Positions 55,075 to 64,000 of a stretch of 64,000 bases of DNA are shown here, piece by piece; within the stretch, counting starts at the first letter, position 1, and every line of letters starts with the position of its first letter. This DNA comes from Eledone cirrhosa. Taxonomy: Eukaryota. Under the pieces are notes generated by a model that worked only from the letters and a program-made list of their open reading frames with translations, searched no databases and was not told where the DNA came from. The translations under genes and the position numbers were made by a program. The stretch spans positions 76,632,001-76,696,000 of the forward strand of contig OZ024746.1 in the NCBI GenBank assembly GCA_964016885.1, in the 5' to 3' direction.

Positions 55075-56725
55075 TATGGATGTTAGGATCAAAGTTCATA
55101 TATATGTCAGTCACAGAAACATGGGCATTCTGTGATGGAGTTTTTAGCATAACTGGCTACAACTTGTTTCATAAAGACCGCATTAATCATTGTGGTCAAA
55201 TTTTTCAGCAATTCCTTGTGTTGATTTGAACCAATCGCAGCAAGAGGTATTTTTCTGCGATATATGTATGACCATGTCAACACTGCTACTTGGAGTCGTT
55301 TACCGTCCCCCAAATTACCATCAGGACACTCAACTTTGTGATATCCTCAGAGCTGCTGCCAGGAAAACAGCCACTTATGTTTTTATTGCAGGGGACTTCA
55401 ATCACCCTGAGATTGACTGGGAAACCTTTCGTTGGCTGCAAAGTGCAAATGATTTCCTTGAGCTAGTGCTGGTCTCGAACTGGTCCCAAGTAGTCCCCTC
55501 CCCAACAAGAGGTGACAACACTTTGGACCTACTCGTCACCACTACTCCTGAAACGGTCATTTGTGTTACTGCTGAGGAACCTTTAGGTGACTCTGATCAT
55601 GCTATGATCATTGCCAATCTATCTATATTGAGTTCTACGACTCAGGAGATGTCAACACTGTACTCCAGAACATCCTGAGTTCAGTATGGACAGCATGTGC
55701 AGCATCGGTGCCACGTAAGCGGAAAAAACATCCCAATGCAAATTTGGGAGACTGCAGCGGTCCGTCTTGCCAGAAAAGAACGTCGCAATGCTGAACGTGA
55801 GTACAAACTGCACAGGTCAGACATCAATAGGAAGAGGCGAAATAAATCATCCGACCACCTCAAACAGGTGACAAAAAAGGCAGTGCTTCAATTTGAGCAG
55901 TGCATAGCAACCAGCCCTGACAGTAAGGTGTTCTGGAAGTATGTTCACTCAAAGCAGAAGCCTCACTCTCCAGTTGGTCCTCTTCACAATCCCCACACAA
56001 GCCAGGTTACTGACGACCCCAAAGTATGCGTAGAACTCATTTCTGAATGCTATGCAGGCATTTTCACTATTGAAGACCAGAGTGTACCGTCTCCACCACC
56101 TCTGACATTGGATTCTATTACAACTATGGAATTTACACCTGCAATGCTGCAACATCACCTTAAAAATAAACGCAACCATGCCTCTCCTGGTCTTGTTGGT
56201 GTTATGTACCTGCTTCTCAAATGTGGTGGGTACTTCCTTCTGCACCAGCTATCACGCTTCTTCTAATTCTGTTTGTACTATAGTGCTACTCCAGAACAGT
56301 GGAAAACTGCCAGTGTCAATCCTCTGTTCAAAAAGGGTGACCGCACATCACCTGTGAACTATCGTCCAGTCAGTCTTACTAGCTGCATTGCCAAACTGAT
56401 GGAATCCTGTGTCAGAGAAATGCTTTGGAACTTCTGGAACTCTCACAGTCTTATCCGGCTCTCGCAATTTGGATTTATCCCTAACTCCAGCTGCTGTGAT
56501 CAACTTATCGAGTTTCTTGAAGACATCACCTGGATCACTGATGGCGGCTCATGGGTGGATGTTGTTTACCTTGACTTTGCTAAAGCTTTCAATTCTGTCC
56601 CACACAAAAGACTTATGGCAAAACTCTCTGCAATGGGTGTGAAGGATGATCTTTTTAACTGGTTGAAGTCCTTCATTCTCAGTCGAAGAGAGGTAGTCAC
56701 GGTTCTGGGACAGCATTCCTCACCA
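55075..56725 (+). mobile_element. CR1-clade LINE, APE endonuclease plus RT N-terminus (same family as 27060-28345)
   Basis: VTETW, GVVYRPP, AGDFNHPEIDW, PTRGDNTLDL, SDHAMI, NYRPVSLTS. 56464-56725 is nearly identical to the reverse complement of 28080-28345. Confidence 0.92.
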
Positions 56726-56985
56726 TGTACATTGCTCAGGTGCACTACAACTCATCAAAGGTGCATGTATAGTACATAGAATAATGTACAAATGTCAGGG
56801 AAGTGAATAGTGTATGAGTCATGATATACATGTGTGCATGTGTATGGAGGGGAGTATTAGGTGTAGTGTTGGCGAATCTGAGAAGGCATGGAGGTTTTAA
56901 AGGGTGCAGTGTCTCGACAGCTAACAACTGATGCCGGGAGTTTGTTCCATGCTTCAGCAACTCTGAGCATGAAAAATGTTCTGGA
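56726..56985 (-). mobile_element. Inverted 3' fragment of the same CR1 family
   Basis: Matches 27090-27290 and the reverse complement of 49860-50250. Confidence 0.85.
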
Positions 56986-58623
56986 GTAGTACTATTGTTT
57001 AAAGCACTTAGCATGGGGCCCCTAAAAGTGTGTGGCCTATAGCAAAAGCTACTCTTGCTACTAAGTTAATCCTGCACTGCTAATGGCTGCAACTAAGATG
57101 CCATTGAGCTTAGGTTTGCTTACTCAGAGGTGATGTATAGCTAAAAAACAACAGCAACAACTTGTGTAAGAAATCAATGTTGGCATAGATGCAAAGATTA
57201 TGTCTGTGTTATTACATAGATGTCAAGCTTATGTCTGTGTTATTACAGAGATGTGAATCTCTTCAGGATCGATTATATTTCCTTCATTTACAGCTCTTCC
57301 CAAGTTTCTATCAATACACACTTCTTCTGCATACTGTGACTTCTAACTGTAGGTGTAAGTATTTCTGGTGCATATAGAACAAAGCAACAACCAACAATAA
57401 ATGATTCAAGGTCGGTTTCCTTGCTAAAGCAGGGGTTAGACTTGTGGGGGCCCATGACAGACTTCATATTGATCTTGAGGTCCTTTTTAAGGCAATATTT
57501 TAATCAGATGCCCTTCATCATCATCATCATTGTTATCATCATCATATTCACCACCCCATGTTGGCAGCAGTTGTTCAGGTTGACACAGTCTAAGAATAGG
57601 TTAGTCGGAGAAACTTTATTTTGTTCATACATTCTATATTTGGCATAGTTTCTAAGACTGAATACCCTTCCTAATACCAACCACTTTAAAGAGTGTACTA
57701 AGTGTATTTTATTGTGACACTAGCAATATCACTTTACAGAGTATACTGGATGTATTTTACTGTGACACAAACACAACCACTTTACAGGGTGTACTGGGTG
57801 CATTTTCTCATAGCACCAGCACTGGAGAGGTTATCATAATCTCTGTGAGACTGAAGAGTCCTCTTTAACCTATATTGTCTCTTTTTGACCACCAACCACC
57901 TCACAGGATGTACTTGTAGCACCAGCACTAAAGAAGTTGTCATATGCTCAGCCAGACTGAAGTGTTCTCTCCACTCTATATTCTCTCCATTCAATCACCA
58001 ACCACTTTACATAAAGAATTTTTATGGGAGATGATTCATTGATTAATATATACAGCTTCATTCACCTGAAAACAATGTTTCTTTATCTGCCTTGAAACTT
58101 TTTCTTCTGATACATAGATACAGCTGAAGAGATTATGTTGGGTGAGGGGGAAGTATCAAAATCAAAGAAATAAGTTTTAAACTAATACATCTTTAAAAAA
58201 AATTTGTTTTACTAAGAAATTTAGCATGTATGGCTTAACTTTGTCTTATGTTCTTAAATCTTGATGGAGTCATATTGATACCATCGTGACATATGTCAAA
58301 ATACAGTGTCTTGGGAGTTTCACACCTGGTGAAGCCTATTCCTCTTCAGGTATGACACTAGAGGCTGATTTCAGACATAGAGAGGAGAGAGAACGACAGA
58401 GAAGAAACGACCCAGTACTGAACAAGTAACTTAATTATCAAATCCCCCCCACCACCCCTAAAAAAAGGATCAAGGGTAAACTTGACTTTGATAGGATTTG
58501 AACTTAGAGACCAAACAATTGGAACACTCATCATCAGAACTGACAGAGGATGAATACATCTCAGTGATTATTTTAACATGCATTGACCCCTGCATGTGCA
58601 GTCAGTTTCCATGTTGTGTCAAA

Positions 58624-59258
58624 CTAGCAGAATGGCCCAGCGTTGCTCGGGATTTGCTCTAGGGTTCTTATATATTTGATATATATTTATCTTTATCGAG
58701 CCTCGTGAAATAAATACATTTGTTTATATTTTGTTATTGTGTATGCAAAAATATCTGTACACGAATATATAATTATATATATATATATATATATTAAAAT
58801 AACAGATTAAAGTTTAAGCAAAGAATCGCTGCTTTCACCCTTAACGGGATCTTCTGAAACTAAAAAAATCAATCTGTGAACGCAGAAGTAAATATTTCGA
58901 AAAACGTTACACACTATATATATATACATACACTATATATACACATATTTACTCACACACACACACCACGTCATAATGTCGTAATGCAGACAGCCAGACA
59001 TACAGACAGATATTATAAGGGCGCAACGTTATATCTATGTATCTATCTAAAAAGACAGATTAAGAATTATAGAGAGAGATCGCTAAATCGCCTAATGCGG
59101 TCCCTAGGGCATTGAAAATTTTAAAATTTGTTTTGCTCAAAACATTCACAGGACCATAAGTATTACATATGTAAAGTTTGAAAAGAATCGGCTGGGCAGT
59201 TCTCGAGTTTTAGGGAGTCAGACAGACAGACAGACATTCTCTGTTTCAGATATATAGA
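58624..59258 (-). mobile_element. Non-autonomous Helitron, copy 1
   Basis: Minus strand starts TC (59258), has (TGTC)n near the 5' end, a GC-rich subterminal hairpin, and ends CTAG (58627-58624) followed by T. Confidence 0.75.
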
Positions 59259-59409
59259 CTAGCAGAATGGCCCGGCGTTGCTCGGGATTTGCTCTAGGGT
59301 TCTTATATATTTGATATATATTTATCCTTATCGAGCCTCATGAAATAAATACGTTTGTTTATATTTTGTTATTGTGTATGCAAAAATATCTGTACACGTA
59401 TATATAATT

Positions 59410-59463
<54 letters not shown>

Positions 59464-59525
59464 CAGTACAGTTCTCGAGTTTTAGTGAGCGGACAGACAG
59501 ACATTCTCTGATTTAGATATATATA
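59259..59525 (-). mobile_element. Non-autonomous Helitron, copy 2 (internally deleted), head-to-tail with copy 1
   Basis: 59259-59410 nearly identical to 58624-58775; hairpin CCCG-AGCAACGC-CGGG then CTAG end; 5' segment matches 59197-59258. Confidence 0.7.
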
Positions 59526-59530
59526 TATAT

Positions 59531-60795
59531 TTCTTTATTTACCACAAGGGCGCACAAGAAAAGGGGACAAAACAAGGACACATGCTGGGGATTTTACATA
59601 CAATCGTGTACAAATATTGAAACAAACAAATTTAACAATCGAAATACCCAATAGGGGGAGGCGTCACAAATAGGTTGTTCAATACCCCGTCGATAGAACA
59701 ACCCTCAACTTCAGGAACGTGTTGTGCAAGTATTCCTTTCTTCCTTTTGCTCTCTTCTTCAACCTACAGGTTTATATACAGAGAAGGCCAAATCACTCGG
59801 GCCATTTTTGCTACATTCACCCACTTTTCAGTAAATTTACTGGGGTGCAGTGCCTCTCTCTCCACTCTGATTCTCCTTCTAAAGTGGTACCTAAAGAAGG
59901 GAATGAGTTGTTGTCCGGAGAGAAAGGCATCTCTCCTCAGTCCTCTCAATCTTGTCCACCATATAACCTCTTTCCCCATAGTCACTATACAGAGGAAAAC
60001 CGCCTCTCTTTCGTTTTTGAAAGAAGTTGGCGGTTTGATCCTTACTATGGACTCAGCAGTCAACTGGATTTGTCCCATACGCGACAGCAGTTGTTCTGCG
60101 TAGTTCCACAGGTCGGTTACGCCTGGGCAGTGTACAATTGCTCGCATCTTTGATACATCCTCTTGGAAGGATCTCTGCCGGGGCGTCGGTGCCTGTAGAT
60201 CTTGTCTCGAACTGGTAGAGCTCCTTGGTAGCACTGCCGGGTCAGGGACCTCTGGAAGTTGTCCATAGGTCCCGGGCAGAAAGTCCTACCAAACAGACAG
60301 GTGAGTTCGTCGTCTTTGACGCCTAGAGTCTCTCCAAGCACGTCGTCACCCTCTAAAGAATGTCGAAGTGGAGTCTCTACTGATTGCCGTGTGCGCTTGA
60401 CAGAGGACTGTGAGCGCCTGAGCGCATTCAATGTGCCAGGCGTCCATTTTCTTATGTCTCTGCTTGACCCAGGACTGCAGCTCTGTCAGCGAGACAAGTT
60501 TGCGGGAAGGCCTGTCTCACAAACGGTGCCCACACCAGTTGGTCGGTGAGGAATACCTGTAGATCCCGTAGCCTCAGCGCATGTTTGCGCATCATCAGCT
60601 ACAGCATCCCCCCCCCCCGTTGGAAGGGTGCTGACAGCAGACGGATCTCCTCACCAGTGGAGCCTGCTTCTTCCAAAGGAACTGGTAGAGCATGCGTTCT
60701 ATCTTGGTGAGCTGTTCACGGGGACAAGGCACAACGGTCAAGCGGTAGAAGATGATGGACGCTATGAAAGTGTTCGCCACCTCCGCTCGACCTTT
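59531..60795 (-). mobile_element. 5'-truncated L1/Tx1-clade LINE remnant
   Basis: Frameshifted ORF2 C-terminal peptides (ASIIFYRLTVVPCP..KIERMLYQFLWK..HPSNGG; ALPVRDK; AIVHCP). 3' end AATAAA runs straight into (AT)n. Confidence 0.7.
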
Positions 60796-63319
60796 CTACG
60801 CTTTCATGGTAAATGATGGCTAAAATCCTTAAAACTCATAAAATGTTAAAAATAGCTATTACAAATGCTTCTCAGACTCAGAATATAACACTCGGTCAAG
60901 GCTCCTGCTTCAAAGATTTAAGAAGTTTTAAAGCTTCTTTAAAATATACCCTGATAACATATATGGCCATTTCATTGCTTTTCTACTTTTTTAAGTATGA
61001 ACAAAACATCACAGATTTTATTTATATAAATTAAATAACATTACAAATCGTTTTTTAATTCTTACAGAATGAAAATATAAACACAAATATAAACACATAA
61101 TATAATAAATACAATTAATTATTGCTATGAACCTCGCAAATATAATGCAAAAAACATTTGATCAAAGCAAGAGAAAAAACAAACAAAAACAACCACCAAT
61201 TCACCACCAATTCACCACTAAGTGCAACAATGGCCACAGACCACAAGGGTTAACAATAACTATGTGAGTTGAAACTTTTGTTTTAACCAGTAATTGCTAT
61301 ACATTAGTGATAGGGATTATATAAAATTATCTTCTGTTTAATGGTACACAGCTCTTAGTCTTCACATTCAGTTACTTTGAAGATTTTGTTTTCTCCACAA
61401 CAAAAGTGTCAGCTAATTCCTTTATTCTATTATTCTATTATTCTATTATTGGTTTCTGTCATGCTTGGGCACTGTTATTAAGAGATTCTAGTCAATGTTA
61501 GTTGATCAATAGAATAGTCTGCTTGTGAAATTAACATACAAGTCATTGAGCATTTCACAGATTTGAATGCCCTTAAAGTAGTTTTCAGTGAAATTCAGCA
61601 TGACACAGTGTGGGGCATTGCTGGCCCTTTGAATTACTGATACAATCTATTTTGTATTTTAGTGTAATTATTTGTGTATTCCAGACATGTGTACCCTTAA
61701 TGTAGTTCTCAGGAAGATTCAGCATGATGCAGTGTGTGACAAGGCTGGCTCTTTGAATTAGGGGTACAACTCATTAGACTCAAGCAACCTGAAATAAAGT
61801 GTTCAACCCAAAGACGCAATGCGACACTGGGAATTGAACTCACAACCTTACAATCATTAGCTGAAGACCCAAACAACTAAGCCATGCACCTTCACTACAA
61901 AGCATATAATAAAGAATTAAAATAAAAAATGGTGATTAAGCACCTTGAGCAGCCCTTGGTAAAATATGAAAATAAAAAAAGTACAAAACTGTTAACATAA
62001 AATACATCAGATCTCTCTTAGACTATGTTAAGATTTGCATCCTCACCATCATCATCATCATCATCCTCATCATCATCATTTAATGTTCGATTTCCCTGGT
62101 AGCAAGGGCTAGAGAGCCATGACAGATCAAGTCGATATTTAGTTGGAGCCACTAACCTTTCCAAATGGCCAGGACATGCATCTTACGTACATATGTCCCT
62201 TCATTCTACAGTGTAGTGGGTGCATTTTATCATGGCACAACATGAGTCCTCTTGACCCTTTGTTTCACAAGTTCTGTACAGCTGGTGCCCTTCCCCTCAC
62301 CAACCATATTGCAGAGTATCCTAGGTGCTGTTTATCATAGCATCAACGCTGGAGAAGATGTTGTGCATTTGACACAACCAAAAACCCCTCTCAATCCTTT
62401 TTTGTATGATATCTACATTTTTCTCTATATATTAGTGAGTCCCAGCCTCAAGTCTATGAACATTATACACAAACAGGCACTCATAAACATAGAAACAAAC
62501 ACACAAACACACACAAACTCAAACTCAAATACACACACACAAACAAATACACACAATTGCACATATAGATAAACACATAAACTCACGCAAAGACAAAGAC
62601 ACTCACACACACAAACAAGCACCCACGCACAAACACACCTACAAACAAGCGCATGCACACACACACACAAACAAGCACACACACACACACACAAACAAGC
62701 ACACACACACACACAAACATATGTATTACATATAAACCTCCTACACAACCCAATGAATAAGCTAAAATGAAAAGCTCACTTAAGTATGCCAGTCAATACT
62801 TCCACTCAGATCTAACCCACATAGTTCCAACAACAAAATGTCTAATTATACACTCACACTTAGATATGTATAAAGGAACATGCCTTAGTGGTTAGAGTAT
62901 TCTGCTCACGATTGTTAATCATGAATTTGATTCTCAGTGCAAATTGTGTCCCTGAGCAACACATTTAATTACACAGGTTTCTCTAGTCCACTCAGCTGCC
63001 AAAAAAGGATTGTGTCTGTAAACTTAAAGGGTCAGCTTTGTCATACGCTGCCATGCCAAATCTCCCTGAGAACTAAGTTCAATGAGCATGTGTTAGTGGA
63101 ATTCTCAGCGACTTTTACCTTAATTTTATGAGCAGGCTGTTCCATAAATAACAGAGGCCCAACACACACACATAGAGATATAAGCTAGCCGAGGAACTCT
63201 CTATGTGGTCACTTGATCTGCTAGAAATAGTAATTAACTTTCTTCCAAATCACACACACTTGCACTAGGGTCAGCACCCAGGTATTTAGCACCCTAGGCT
63301 AGCTCTACAATGTGTGCTT

Positions 63320-64000
63320 CATTCTTCTTTCTTCTTTGTCCACTTATTCCTGAGAGGGCCGTGGGGGCAGAGTCCTCACTCACACTTTCCAGTGGGTCCT
63401 GTCAGAAGCAACCATCTCCAACTGATCCGGCTGGATCCCAAAGTGAGACCAGCCAAGCTCATGGATGTTATCCAACCATTTTGCTTGTAAAATCTGTTCA
63501 GTGATTCTTTCTTGTGACATTCTAATCACATGCCCATAGTATCAGAGCTGTGATCTCCCAATTCAGAGAAGTAGTGGCTCTACCTGGAGTGACTCTCTGA
63601 TCTCCTAGCTATGCACTCTATCAAGGAACATTCTCCAAAGGCCCTTCGGAGGAACCTCATTTCAGCTGCTTATATTCACAATTATTTTCTTTCAGTCATT
63701 ACCCAAGATTCATGACCATAGCTAAGGGTTGGCACGAATACCAAATTGATTATAGTGAGTTTGGCTTCTACGCCTACCTCCCTTCTTCTCATTACTGAAT
63801 GCTGAAGCTGGCGTATTACTGCACCAGCTCCTGCAATTCTTGCATTTAATTCGGCCTCCTGACTTCCGTCACTTGTGAACACAGCCCCGAGATACTTGAA
63901 CTTCTCCACCTGCTTCAGTGGAACTCCATTCACATGTAGAGTGCACTGTGCAGGCTTCTTTGAGAAGATGAGTGTCTCAGTTTTTGCAGTACTGATTTTC
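63320..64000 (-). mobile_element. RTE-clade LINE remnant, runs off the window
   Basis: LKQVEKFKYLG..ELNARI..PTLSYGHESWVMT. Related fragments at 2540-2760(+), 3780-4180(-), 20470-20800(-), 31370-31490(+). Confidence 0.85.

Overview
AT-rich, repeat-dense eukaryotic DNA. The huge (TA)n tracts and the SINE/LINE content resemble an octopus (coleoid cephalopod) genome; this is my inference, not verified. It holds two intron-containing genes arranged tail-to-tail: a 15-exon eEF2 (+, ATG 13313, stop 21403, 835 aa, TOP/TCT-type promoter) and an atypical ERK3/ERK4-type MAP kinase (-, 24844-21866, 621 aa). The rest is RTE, CR1, CRE and Tx1/L1 LINE remnants, tRNA-derived SINEs, TTAA-flanked piggyBac-type MITEs, a tandem Helitron pair, a gypsy remnant and micro/minisatellites. 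Most notable observations: (1) a 33/34-nt antisense copy of the eEF2 5'UTR inside its own first intron, abutting a 21-bp hairpin; (2) a 550-bp palindrome within (TA)n carrying a minimal hammerhead ribozyme, intact in one arm and lacking the cleavage dinucleotide in the other; (3) several normally conserved eEF2 glycines encoded as AGT (Ser), one A-to-I edit from consensus; (4) a T-D-Q activation loop in the ERK3/4-like kinase.
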